Virus record (IMG/VR): IMGVR_UViG_3300023371_000069
Reading direction: 5' to 3' (one strand)
Length of the DNA: 64,000 bases
Source: a virus
Lineage: Duplodnaviria; Heunggongvirae; Uroviricota; Caudoviricetes
Part shown: positions 50,363 to 59,097 of the stretch, piece after piece
Numbering within the stretch: position 1 is the first letter of the stretch
Layout: the number at the start of each line of letters is the position of its first letter
Position numbers and translations under genes: made by a program
The notes under the pieces: model-generated
The model's database searches: none
What the model was told of the DNA's origin: nothing
What the model saw: the letters and a program-made list of their open reading frames with translations, nothing else

Positions 50363-52570
50363 ATGCATGTAATTAAGAGAGACGGCACTCGCGTTTTGTT
50401 TGACCCTAACAAGATTGTCCGTGCCATTAACAAAGCAATGGTCAGTGCATATGGCTCCGTGTATGAATCCGACACTGCAGAGGAAATTGCAGATTTGATT
50501 GGTAGTCGCGGGGTCGATATGACTGTCGAACAAATTCAAGATTTAGTAGAAGGCTACTTAATGAAGAGTGAATATCCAGAAGTAGCCAAATCATATATTA
50601 TTTATCGTGACCAGCGCAGTAAAGAGCGCACTCGTCGCAGTAAATTAATCAAAGCAGTTATGAAGCGTATTGACGCTACTGCTGTTGAAAATGCAAATGC
50701 AAATGTTGATGAAAAGAGCTTCTCAGGTCGTGAGAAGGAAGCTTCTGCTGACATTCAGAAGATTATCGCTTTGGATTATACTTTATCTCCAGAAGTAGCT
50801 TCTGCTCACAAAGATATGCTATTATATCAGCATGATATGGAAAAGACAAATATTGGTGAACATAACTGTTTGTTTGTTGATTTTGGTAAAGTATTTAAAG
50901 ATGGTTTCGTAACTCGTAACGGCGATATTCGTCCACCCGCATCTTACTCTACTGCTTGTCAGCAATATGCAGTTGTTTATCAGTGTCAGTCTCAGGTTCA
51001 GTTCGGCGGTGTTGGAACTGTTCACGCAGACTATGACTTAGCACCTTTTGTAGCCAAGAGCTTCCGTAAGCATATGCACAATTATCTAACTGATGTTGAA
51101 GGTCAGACTGATGAAAATGCAGATATTATTCTTGGTCAGCATGGTCCTATCGTTATGGATAATCATAAGCTAAGAGAAGAGATGCCTGCGGCTTTCACCT
51201 ATGCGTTGAAGCAGTTAGAGCGTGAGGGAACTCAAGCTTCTGAGGCTATGTATCATAACTTAAATACTTTGGAGTCCCGTGCGGGCAGCCAGGTTCCTTT
51301 CACTTCTATTAACTTCGGTCGTGATACTTCTACTGAGGGTCGCTTTGTAAGTGAACATATGTTAAAGGCTTCTTTGGCTGGTATTGGTAAACATCACTTA
51401 ACTCCTATTTTCCCAATTAGTATTTTCCAATATAAGCAGGGCTGCAATGCTAATCCCGAAGACCCTAACTATGATTTAAAGAAATTAGCTATTGAGTCTT
51501 TGAGTAAGCGCATTTATCCTAACTTTGTCAATTGTGATTATTCTGAAGCACATGAAGATTTAAGTAATCCAGACACATATTTCGCAACTATGGGTTGCCG
51601 CACAATGCTTGGTTATGACAGACATAGTGATTCTTATAATCGTGTCGGTCGTGGAAACCTTGTTCCTGATACTATGATTTTGCCCAAATTAGGTATTGAA
51701 TACGGAATTTGTTTAGGCAAGCGTGAGACCCCGGATTTAGACGGCTTCTGGTCTGCATTCGAGGATTTATTGATGCTTTGTGAGCAAGGTCTTTTGGAGC
51801 GTTTCGATATTATGGTTAATCAGCCACCCGAGGCCGCACCTTTTATGTATCAGAATGGTACAATGAAGGATTCTCAAAGCTGCCGAGTATCTAACTATGA
51901 GGCTTTGAAGCATGGTACTTTGGCTATGGGTTATATTGGTATCGCAGAAATGTGTCAGGCTCTATTCGGCAAGAATCATGCTGAAGATGAGAATGTGCGC
52001 GAGTTCGCTTTGAAAGTTGTTAAGAGAATTAACGAATACGCTAAAGAAGCTTCTGAGCGCCATGACTTAAACTTCTCTTGCTATGCAACTCCCGCCGAAG
52101 GTTTATGTCATACCGCATTAAAGGCTTTGCGTCAGCAGTATGGTATTATTCCTAATGTTACTGACCATGAGTTCTTAACCAATAGTCACCATGTTCCTGT
52201 ATGGTATGAAATTGGTATCTTTGAGAAATTAGCTGTTGAGTCTCCTTTCTGTAAGTATCCTACTGGCGGATGCATTACTTATGTTGAATTAGATTCTACA
52301 TTTGTAAAGAATACCAAGGCTATTGAGCAGATTATTGACTACGCATTTAAAGAACTAAATATTCCTTATTTAGCTTTTAATTTCCCAATCGACTCTTGTT
52401 TAGATTGCGGCTACCAGGGCGAGTTCAATGATGCTTGTCCCGAGTGCGGCAGTGAGAACATTCAACAGCTGCGTCGTGTTACTGGTTATTTAACTACTGA
52501 CTATCATCATTTTAACAAAGGAAAACAGTCAGAGGTTGAACACCGCATCAAACATAGTAAATTTAGTTAA
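50363..52570 (+). CDS. nrdD: anaerobic ribonucleoside-triphosphate reductase (class III)
   Basis: N-terminal ATP-cone, C-terminal Zn ribbon CLDCGY...CPECG, glycyl-radical loop RRVTGYL. Confidence 0.85.
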   Translation: MHVIKRDGTRVLFDPNKIVRAINKAMVSAYGSVYESDTAEEIADLIGSRGVDMTVEQIQDLVEGYLMKSEYPEVAKSYIIYRDQRSKERTRRSKLIKAVMKRIDATAVENANANVDEKSFSGREKEASADIQKIIALDYTLSPEVASAHKDMLLYQHDMEKTNIGEHNCLFVDFGKVFKDGFVTRNGDIRPPASYSTACQQYAVVYQCQSQVQFGGVGTVHADYDLAPFVAKSFRKHMHNYLTDVEGQTDENADIILGQHGPIVMDNHKLREEMPAAFTYALKQLEREGTQASEAMYHNLNTLESRAGSQVPFTSINFGRDTSTEGRFVSEHMLKASLAGIGKHHLTPIFPISIFQYKQGCNANPEDPNYDLKKLAIESLSKRIYPNFVNCDYSEAHEDLSNPDTYFATMGCRTMLGYDRHSDSYNRVGRGNLVPDTMILPKLGIEYGICLGKRETPDLDGFWSAFEDLLMLCEQGLLERFDIMVNQPPEAAPFMYQNGTMKDSQSCRVSNYEALKHGTLAMGYIGIAEMCQALFGKNHAEDENVREFALKVVKRINEYAKEASERHDLNFSCYATPAEGLCHTALKALRQQYGIIPNVTDHEFLTNSHHVPVWYEIGIFEKLAVESPFCKYPTGGCITYVELDSTFVKNTKAIEQIIDYAFKELNIPYLAFNFPIDSCLDCGYQGEFNDACPECGSENIQQLRRVTGYLTTDYHHFNKGKQSEVEHRIKHSKFS

Positions 52571-52571
52571 T

Positions 52572-52596
52572 CGTAGCTAACTACAAGTTAGCTACG
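52572..52596 (+). other. perfect 11-bp stem-loop between nrdD and nrdG without T-run (possible RNA processing or attenuation element)
   Basis: cgtagctaact-aca-agttagctacg. Confidence 0.4.
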
Positions 52597-52620
52597 CTCA
52601 TACGAAAGGAGTAAATTCCC

Positions 52621-53103
52621 TTGAATTATAGTGGTTTAATTTTAAATGATATTTCTGCGGCCCCCGGTCTTTGTGTGAGCTTTTTTACACAAGGCTGTCC
52701 GCATAGATGTAAAGGCTGCCATAATCCAGAAACTTGGGATTTCAACCGAGGAAAAGAATTTACTACTGGGACTTTAAATGAGATTATTTCCGGACTGACC
52801 GCCCAGGGTATACAGAGAAATTTGTGTATCATGGGCGGTGAACCTCTTTGTGACGAAAATGCTTTCCTTACCTATTTGGTAGTCAAAGAGGTTAAAGAGA
52901 AAGTTCCAGGAGCAAAGATATATATCTGGAGTGGTTATACATATGAACAACTACAACACGCAAGTCATCCTCAAGTGCGGCATGCGCTAGAGCTTGCGGA
53001 TTACCTAATTGATGGTCCTTATATTGAAGAAGAGCGTGATATTACTCTTGAAATGAGAGGTTCACGTAATCAGAGAATAATTGACTTATCTAAAAAAAAT
53101 TGA
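52621..53103 (+). CDS. nrdG: anaerobic RNR activating enzyme (radical SAM), TTG start
   Basis: CPHRCKGC radical-SAM cluster motif; AAAGGAG then TTG. The N-terminus aligns with NrdG only when started at the TTG. Confidence 0.75.
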   Translation: MNYSGLILNDISAAPGLCVSFFTQGCPHRCKGCHNPETWDFNRGKEFTTGTLNEIISGLTAQGIQRNLCIMGGEPLCDENAFLTYLVVKEVKEKVPGAKIYIWSGYTYEQLQHASHPQVRHALELADYLIDGPYIEEERDITLEMRGSRNQRIIDLSKKN

Positions 53104-53109
53104 TATAAT
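53081..53109 (+). promoter_or_regulatory. sigma-70-like promoter (TTGACT-17-TGaTATAAT) overlapping the nrdG 3' end
   Basis: ttgacttatctaaaaaaaattgatataat. Confidence 0.55.
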
Positions 53110-53142
53110 ATTAGTATAAATGAGATAAAGGAGAGATTTGAT

Positions 53143-53637
53143 ATGGGTGACCTAAAAATCAAGAAGATTGACCCTTCTCAAATCCGCTACACTCCTACCG
53201 AAGGTGAGTTAGTTCAGACTCCTGAAGGTAAATATATGATTTGGCACGAAGGTGCCTGGAATGAAATCAAGATGGAGAGCGGCGGTATTAATATGGGTCT
53301 ATATGATATGAATAAACAAATCATTTCTCAATTGCCTATTCTTGAAGATTTTAGTAAGGCGATGGATGATATTTGGACCTTATATGAAACTTACCATAAT
53401 AAATATTTTATGTTGTATGGTAAAGAAATTTCTTATTTCACAGTATTTAAGATTATTGAACCTCAATATCTTGGTGAAGATGTTCTTGATTGCTGTTTAA
53501 ATGTTGGTTTAGTTAAAGCTATGGATTTGACTGCGGCTGGCGATGCCGTTGAGATTTGGGTTCAGCCTCAAGACGGTGAACCAACTTGTTTATACTTATT
53601 CCCCTATGATAGTGGAATTGTTCAGGTAGGTGAATGA
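53143..53637 (+). CDS. hypothetical protein
   Basis: AAAGGAGAG RBS. Confidence 0.4.
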   Translation: MGDLKIKKIDPSQIRYTPTEGELVQTPEGKYMIWHEGAWNEIKMESGGINMGLYDMNKQIISQLPILEDFSKAMDDIWTLYETYHNKYFMLYGKEISYFTVFKIIEPQYLGEDVLDCCLNVGLVKAMDLTAAGDAVEIWVQPQDGEPTCLYLFPYDSGIVQVGE

Positions 53638-53908
53638 AATGAAAAGAGTATATTGCGAAATTCATATGTTTGATTTACATCAGAATGTTTATGTTGTAAA
53701 TCCAAGTACTGGTGACAAAGAGTGTGTAGCAATTACCACTTTGGAAGAGCTACCAGAAGTAATTAGTGCTATTTGTGATGCAAGAAAAGTATATAAAGTA
53801 ACTCTTGCTGGCAATAGTGTTTATGGAGCAGCTGTGTCTGAGGACATTCTTGCTTATTCAAAGAAACATTATAATTGGAATAATATTGAAGTAGAGGTAA
53901 TTAAATAA
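53630..53908 (+). CDS. hypothetical protein
   Basis: ORF only. Confidence 0.35.
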   Translation: MNEMKRVYCEIHMFDLHQNVYVVNPSTGDKECVAITTLEELPEVISAICDARKVYKVTLAGNSVYGAAVSEDILAYSKKHYNWNNIEVEVIK

Positions 53909-53910
53909 TG
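53887..53910 (+). repeat. ~20-bp direct repeat (left copy) flanking an AT-rich insert
   Basis: tgaagtagaggtaattaaataatg versus aaagtagaggtaataaaatgag at 54141-54162. Confidence 0.4.
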
Positions 53911-54162
53911 GATAAATATTTATATATTTTTTTCATAGATAATAATAATTACCAAACTTGTATATATGAAAATGAAATTTTAATTATGGATAAAACTAAT
54001 AATACCAATAATATTTAGCAAATAACAGAAGATATTATATTGCTATGTGAAAAATACTTAATAAATAATATTAAAATATCTGGCAATATTAATATGTGCT
54101 ATATGTTACTTGATATGTTAATGGTCAGTGAATATAATTATAAAGTAGAGGTAATAAAATGA
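53908..54162 (+). CDS. very AT-rich small ORF (one in-frame TAG) inside the repeat-flanked insert; doubtful gene
   Basis: Open frame from the ATG at 53908 to the TGA at 54160-62 if TAG is sense. Composition unlike its neighbours. Confidence 0.15.
54141..54162 (+). repeat. direct repeat (right copy)
   Basis: See the left copy. Confidence 0.4.
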
Positions 54163-54401
54163 GATATTTGTTAAAAGCTGTTGATACTTATAGAGTGCCC
54201 GATGAGGCCGCAGTTGAAGCTTTACATGAAGAGCTTTTAAATGACCCTTGTTTTGATTTAGTTGGCTTTAGCTATAAAGTAAAGCAGATTAAGGCTAAGG
54301 GTCAAGTGGTTGAAGAATATATGGTAGTTCAAGCTACTAAGCAGTTTACTGCAGAAAAAGACCCCGAAGATATGTTTGTTGTGTCTTATGAAAGGGGTTA
54401 A
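54159..54401 (+). CDS. hypothetical protein
   Basis: ORF only. Confidence 0.35.
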   Translation: MRYLLKAVDTYRVPDEAAVEALHEELLNDPCFDLVGFSYKVKQIKAKGQVVEEYMVVQATKQFTAEKDPEDMFVVSYERG

Positions 54402-54406
54402 TAAAA

Positions 54407-54946
54407 ATGGCTATTTTTGAAAAAGTTTCTAAATATATAGATGTGGACATCGCTATGCCGGTCAGAAAGACTGCACAGTCCGCAGGATATGATATGGTTG
54501 CCGCAGAGGATTATATAATTCCTTCTGTATGGCAAATGGTTGCAGAAGCTAAAGAATTATGGCCTGTAGGCGATGATGAGTTCGTAACTATGGACCTTAT
54601 GTCTAAATTTACAAAAGAGACTGGTTTCAAGCCAACTCTTGTTTCTACTGGAATGAAATGCAAACTTGACCCGACTACTTGGTTACAGTTGAGTGTTCGT
54701 AGCTCTTCTCCTCTAAAATATTGGTTAATGATGGGTAATGGTATCGGCGTTATTGATGCTGACTATTATAACAATCCCGATAATGAAGGAGAAATTTTCT
54801 TCCAGATTTATAATCTATCTCCATTTAATATTCAGATTAAAAAGGGAGAGGCCATTGGTCAGGCTATTATTCTTCCCTATGGCGTTACTGAAGATGACGT
54901 CGCAGGTGGAGAGCGCACTGGCGGTTTTGGCTCCACATCTAAGTAA
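54407..54946 (+). CDS. dut: dUTP diphosphatase (trimeric dUTPase)
   Basis: SAGYDM, GVIDADY, GERTGGFGSTS motifs. Confidence 0.8.
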   Translation: MAIFEKVSKYIDVDIAMPVRKTAQSAGYDMVAAEDYIIPSVWQMVAEAKELWPVGDDEFVTMDLMSKFTKETGFKPTLVSTGMKCKLDPTTWLQLSVRSSSPLKYWLMMGNGIGVIDADYYNNPDNEGEIFFQIYNLSPFNIQIKKGEAIGQAIILPYGVTEDDVAGGERTGGFGSTSK

Positions 54947-55431
54947 TGCGTCTTTTAGCATTAGACTAGGCAAGCCGAACAAGCGGCTGGGCCATATTTG
55001 AAGATGGTAAGCTTCTAAAATATGGTAAGTTTACTGCTGACCATTCTGATGTTGGAGATAGACTTCACTTTATTCGGAGTAAAGTAAATCAACTCATTAA
55101 TGAATATGATATTGATGAAGTTGTTTTTGAAGATATTTAGCTTCAAGGCAATGTTGCAAACAATGTTCAAACTTTTAAAGCATTAGCAGAAGTCTTTGGT
55201 GTTTTATATGAATTATTTGTAACATTAAAGATGCCTCGAACCGCAGTTCTTTCAACCGTTTGGAAATCTACTCTTGGTATTAAGGGTAAAGACCGTCCAG
55301 CCCAGAAGAAAGCCGCATAGGCTTGGGTTGAAAAAACTTATGGTGTAAAACCTACTCAAGATGAGTGTGATGCTATTTGTATTGGTGCTCACTATGTAAA
55401 TAATAAAGTCGAAGTATTCGATTGGTCTTAA
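54946..55431 (+). CDS. ruvC: RuvC-like Holliday junction resolvase with three in-frame TAGs
   Basis: MRLLALD-Q-ASRTSGWAIFED (cf. RuvC ILGIDPGSRVTGYGVI), EVVFEDI-Q-L, DECDAICIGAHYV (cf. DAADALAIAITHC). Confidence 0.55.
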
Positions 55432-55498
55432 CTAGATAATCCCTCTTTCACTTCTTTTATTATCCAATAGAGAAGTTGAAAGGGGGAAAACTTTTATT

Positions 55499-55969
55499 AT
55501 GGAAGCTCTTTTAGCAGAGTGGGGAACAGAAATTTTGTTCGGTCTAATTAGTGCTATTGTAATGGGTTGGGCAAAATGGCATGGTGATAAATTAAAGAAA
55601 GAAAAACTCCAAGCCGAAGAAAATGCTCGTATTATTGCAGAACAAAAGCTTGATGAAAGAATTGGTACTCACATTGAAGTTGAATTAGAACCAATTTATC
55701 AAGAATTAGAAGATTTAAGAAAGTATTGCCGCGACAATGAGAACTTAGAGAAATCTCATATGAACTTAATTGTTGCTTCTTACCGTTTCCGTTTAATCCA
55801 ATTGTGCAAAGGATTTTTACGCCAAGAATACATTACTGAATCCCAGATGGAACAATTAATGGAATTCTATAAATTATATAAAGGCTTAGGTGGAAATGGT
55901 CAAGCTGAAACTTATTATAATAAGGCAATTGCTTTACCTTTAAAGACTGACGATGAGGTTCCTGTCTAA
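55499..55969 (+). CDS. hypothetical protein with N-terminal TM helix
   Basis: ORF only. Confidence 0.35.
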   Translation: MEALLAEWGTEILFGLISAIVMGWAKWHGDKLKKEKLQAEENARIIAEQKLDERIGTHIEVELEPIYQELEDLRKYCRDNENLEKSHMNLIVASYRFRLIQLCKGFLRQEYITESQMEQLMEFYKLYKGLGGNGQAETYYNKAIALPLKTDDEVPV

Positions 55970-55975
55970 ACCATA

Positions 55976-56020
55976 ATTTGGTGAAGTAATTTTATATTTT
56001 TACTTCACCAAATTTTTTAT
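55976..56020 (+). terminator. rho-independent terminator
   Basis: tttggtgaagta-loop-tacttcaccaaa followed by a T-run. Confidence 0.65.
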
Positions 56021-56047
56021 TAAAAAAGAGATAAAGGAGAAAAGATA

Positions 56048-56647
56048 ATGGGATGGAGTACTCATAGTGATTGGAGTTTTTCTTATTAGGGCATAGATGC
56101 TACTTATAGTAGAAATTTACTCAAATATAAAAATACTGGTTCTACACCTCAACTAATAACTGCATGCAGAATAGGTCTTGCTTCAGGTAATGGAACATAC
56201 AATTAGGGAGATACTGTTACTGGATATGGATATGCATATGATGTTTATGTAACTGTTACTGATTCTAACGGAACATCGCATACGTCCAATACAATTACTG
56301 TAAGCAATAAAACTAGCGGAGGAAACTATTATAATACGGAACAAAAAACTTTTACATTTGGAGGAGTATATGTAGCCGCTGGGTCAACAGTAACTTTTAG
56401 ATTTCATTTTGTTCGTAAATCAAATCCTACTATTGTTATTATCAGAAACCGAGGAGATAGCTCTACTTATGGAGGTACAGTGATTAATGGTGGAGGATTA
56501 GTTCGCATTAATATTGATGGAACTGCCAATGGATGGAAGAGTGCAATACCATATGTCAATGTTGATGGAACTGCTAATGGATGGAAAGTTGCTATTCCAT
56601 ATATTAACAAAGATGGTACATCTACTGGGTGGGCTATTTGCACATAA
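56048..56647 (+). CDS. Gly/Thr/Asn-rich hypothetical (structural-like) protein with two in-frame TAGs and internal DGTANGWK repeats
   Basis: AAAGGAG RBS; frame open except for TAG; tandem IDGTANGWKSAIPYVNVDGTANGWKVAIPYINKDGT. Confidence 0.35.
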
Positions 56648-56654
56648 AAAAATA

Positions 56655-56697
56655 AAGGGTCGTATATGAATAAATCATATACGACCCTTTTTTTATT
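56655..56697. terminator. bidirectional rho-independent terminator between convergent genes
   Basis: A-run, then aaagggtcgtatatga-loop-tcatatacgacccttt, then T-run. Confidence 0.7.
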
Positions 56698-57004
56698 TCA
56701 TTTTAATTCCATTATAAATTCTATTCGACCATTTGATTATCTCGTCTCCATATTTAGACATTAATTCTGCTACCATTTCCTCTTCATCGTATGATAAATC
56801 TACTGCGTAGCTAAACATACAAGCATGAACAATTTCGTGGCATAGCACTTCTTTAACCTTAGCTGGTTTGAGCGTCTTGTCTATGTAAATAGTTTGCGTA
56901 ACTTTATCACAAACTCCAAGAGCATGAGTCATCCAAGGGGTTAGTAGCATTGGATGAGATGGCGAGACCATTCGGACTCGCCATCTCACTCCATTGATAA
57001 TCAT
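56693..57004 (-). CDS. small HExxH zinc-metallopeptidase-like protein
   Basis: VLCHEIVHACMF contains HEIVH. Confidence 0.4.
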   Translation of the reverse strand: MIINGVRWRVRMVSPSHPMLLTPWMTHALGVCDKVTQTIYIDKTLKPAKVKEVLCHEIVHACMFSYAVDLSYDEEEMVAELMSKYGDEIIKWSNRIYNGIKMK

Positions 57005-57636
57005 TTCATTTGACCGATTTTAGAAGCCAATGCGGTAATCTTCTTTTCAAGATATGCTTTCTCCTCTGGAGATGCGTCCGCAATCATTTCAGTGATGTCT
57101 TGAGATAGCTCTTGCATATACTTCTCTAACTCACGAAGTTGAGTAGCTTTATCTCTCTTCATATCTTTGGCTTCCATATACATTCTGCGGCTATTGTAGC
57201 TGCGGCCCTCACGCTCATCGCGATACATGGTTCCGTTTCCACGGTCCATATGACTAGTTCCGTTATCCATATAACTGGTACCATTTCCAGACCCGCCGTC
57301 CATATACATTGGGTCATTATAGAAGGTTCCATCAGCTCTACGACGACGTCCCTCGTCGGCGTACATCATTGGATAGCGAGAGCCACTATAATACATGCGG
57401 CTGTCACCATTTTCCTCTTGGTGATGGCCGCCTTTTTTCATTTCAAACTCCATTTCTGAGCCATTGCCTTTCATAGCTTCAGTGACGGTGCAATAGTAGA
57501 TTGCCTCCTCTAAATCTTTAATCATATCAATAGCTTCTCCAAGCTCTTTGGTATCTACCTCACCTAAATCACATAGCTGCATTTCAACAGCACACATTAG
57601 AGTTTCTTTCATATGCTTTAATCTTTCTTCATGCAT
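57001..57636 (-). CDS. low-complexity Met/Tyr/Gly/Asn/Asp/Arg-rich protein flanked by helical ends
   Basis: AGGAGG 7 nt before the ATG at 57636 (minus strand). Central YMDGGSGNGTSYMDNGTSHMDRGNGTMYRDE low-complexity tract. Confidence 0.4.
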   Translation of the reverse strand: MHEERLKHMKETLMCAVEMQLCDLGEVDTKELGEAIDMIKDLEEAIYYCTVTEAMKGNGSEMEFEMKKGGHHQEENGDSRMYYSGSRYPMMYADEGRRRRADGTFYNDPMYMDGGSGNGTSYMDNGTSHMDRGNGTMYRDEREGRSYNSRRMYMEAKDMKRDKATQLRELEKYMQELSQDITEMIADASPEEKAYLEKKITALASKIGQMK

Positions 57637-57650
57637 ATTTATTCCTCCTT

Positions 57651-58070
57651 TCAAGCGGTGCGGTCAACAATTAAATTAGCATTTTGAACATCAACATCAT
57701 CAGTTGTAATATTCTGAACACTAATAGTTACACAGCATCCACGAGGAACATCGACATATAAAGAAGCATATACATTGAAAAATTGCTCAACTGCCGCTGG
57801 GGTTACTGTCATAGTAGTAGCACGTACAGGCTCACCATTGATAGCAATAACTAAAGAAATTGGGCCAACTGTTCCGTCCGCTGGTAGTCCAATGTTAGCT
57901 CCAAAAGAAACACGGAATCTAGCCCGGCATTGGTCGGTTAAACCTCTTAGAGTAACTAAACCACTATCATCACGATGACCAATCGTAGCATTACCACAAA
58001 TCACAGTATCAGTGAAATAAACATTTTGATTTGCTGGAACTGTCTGAAGAGCATTAGCAATAATTTCCAT
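57651..58070 (-). CDS. beta-rich hypothetical protein (possible structural/jelly-roll-like)
   Basis: ORF with RBS; no motif recognised with confidence. Confidence 0.35.
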   Translation of the reverse strand: MEIIANALQTVPANQNVYFTDTVICGNATIGHRDDSGLVTLRGLTDQCRARFRVSFGANIGLPADGTVGPISLVIAINGEPVRATTMTVTPAAVEQFFNVYASLYVDVPRGCCVTISVQNITTDDVDVQNANLIVDRTA

Positions 58071-58089
58071 AAATTAAACCCCCTTTAGA

Positions 58090-58812
58090 TTAGAAAGTAC
58101 CGAAACCATTGCCGCATCCACCAAAGTAGGTATTGCAGCAGTAGGGATTAGGAACGGTATAAGCGGGAACTGGGCATGGACGTAACTGATTTACCAAGTA
58201 AGCGTTCTGTGCGGCCTGGGAAGCCTGGAACTTCAAAGATTGGTTATCAGCAGTCAAAGTAGCAATCTTATCATTAGTCAAGAAGTCTAAGATAGAACGA
58301 ACACCAGCATTATTAGCATCAATAATGTCACGGGTGCTGTCTGCGATTGCGCGACGAGTGTCGCAAGCCTGAGTTGCCATATTATAGTTAGTCTCTGCAA
58401 AGCCACGCTCAATTGCACGGCCAGTCTCGCAGCAACAATCACTAATCTGGTGACCTAAAGTGTTAAAGCCACTCTGAATATTGTAGCCAAGAGTGCAAAC
58501 AGCAGTATCTACTCCATGGAAACCACTCATAATAGAGTTATTTAATGCGTAAGTAGAATCTGCCAAACCATAAGTCTGGTTGTCTAATTTAGAAATTAAA
58601 GTTTGCTGGTCAACTGCGGCACGGACATCAGCTTGGGTAGCACAAGGTGCTTCATAGCCGCCACCAAAGCCGCCAAATCCGCCGCGGCCCCATCCTGCGA
58701 ACAAGAATAACAGGATAATCCACCAGCCATTATCGCCCCACATACCATCGCCATTGCGATTACCAGTTACAGCAGCGATATCAGATAAATTGTAACCTTT
58801 TCCATTAAACAT
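58090..58812 (-). CDS. Gly/Cys-rich protein with one TM helix (WWIILLFLFAGW), GGFGGFGGGY tract, CCC and CC clusters
   Basis: ORF with AAGGAGGA RBS on the minus strand. Confidence 0.4.
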   Translation of the reverse strand: MFNGKGYNLSDIAAVTGNRNGDGMWGDNGWWIILLFLFAGWGRGGFGGFGGGYEAPCATQADVRAAVDQQTLISKLDNQTYGLADSTYALNNSIMSGFHGVDTAVCTLGYNIQSGFNTLGHQISDCCCETGRAIERGFAETNYNMATQACDTRRAIADSTRDIIDANNAGVRSILDFLTNDKIATLTADNQSLKFQASQAAQNAYLVNQLRPCPVPAYTVPNPYCCNTYFGGCGNGFGTF

Positions 58813-59087
58813 AATTGTGTCCTCCTTAAATTTTAATTTTGATAGCCTAATGCACGTTTAAAGGCTTCGAACTCCTGGTCGAAATTAGAACCGCCCTATT
58901 GAGCGTAAATATTACGAACTACTTTCTCTAGTTCGTCGGTTCGACCTTGTTGAGCTAAATTTAGGAGATTTTTTCCGAGGGGATTGTTATAGGCTTGTCC
59001 TTGTAAAATTGATAACATCAACTGTTGAGGATTCCGCCCGGATTTAATCATTTGAATTAAAACATTTGGGTCTACTGGATACATCAT
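58806..59087 (-). CDS. small hypothetical protein; annotated ORF ends at TAG (58896-98) and would extend 30 codons to the TAA at 58806-08 if TAG is sense
   Basis: AAGGAGG RBS on the minus strand. Confidence 0.3.
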
Positions 59088-59097
59088 TCATACCTCC

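Noticed and set aside
1275-53109. CRISPR-like array suggested by the repeated ~45-bp element
   Set aside because: Copies are tens of kb apart, not regularly spaced, and always sit at promoter positions upstream of an RBS/ATG. They are promoters, not CRISPR repeats.
53908-54162. AT-rich ORF as a real gene
   Set aside because: Composition and amino-acid content (Asn/Ile/Tyr/Lys) look like translated AT-rich noncoding DNA. Kept only as a low-confidence feature.
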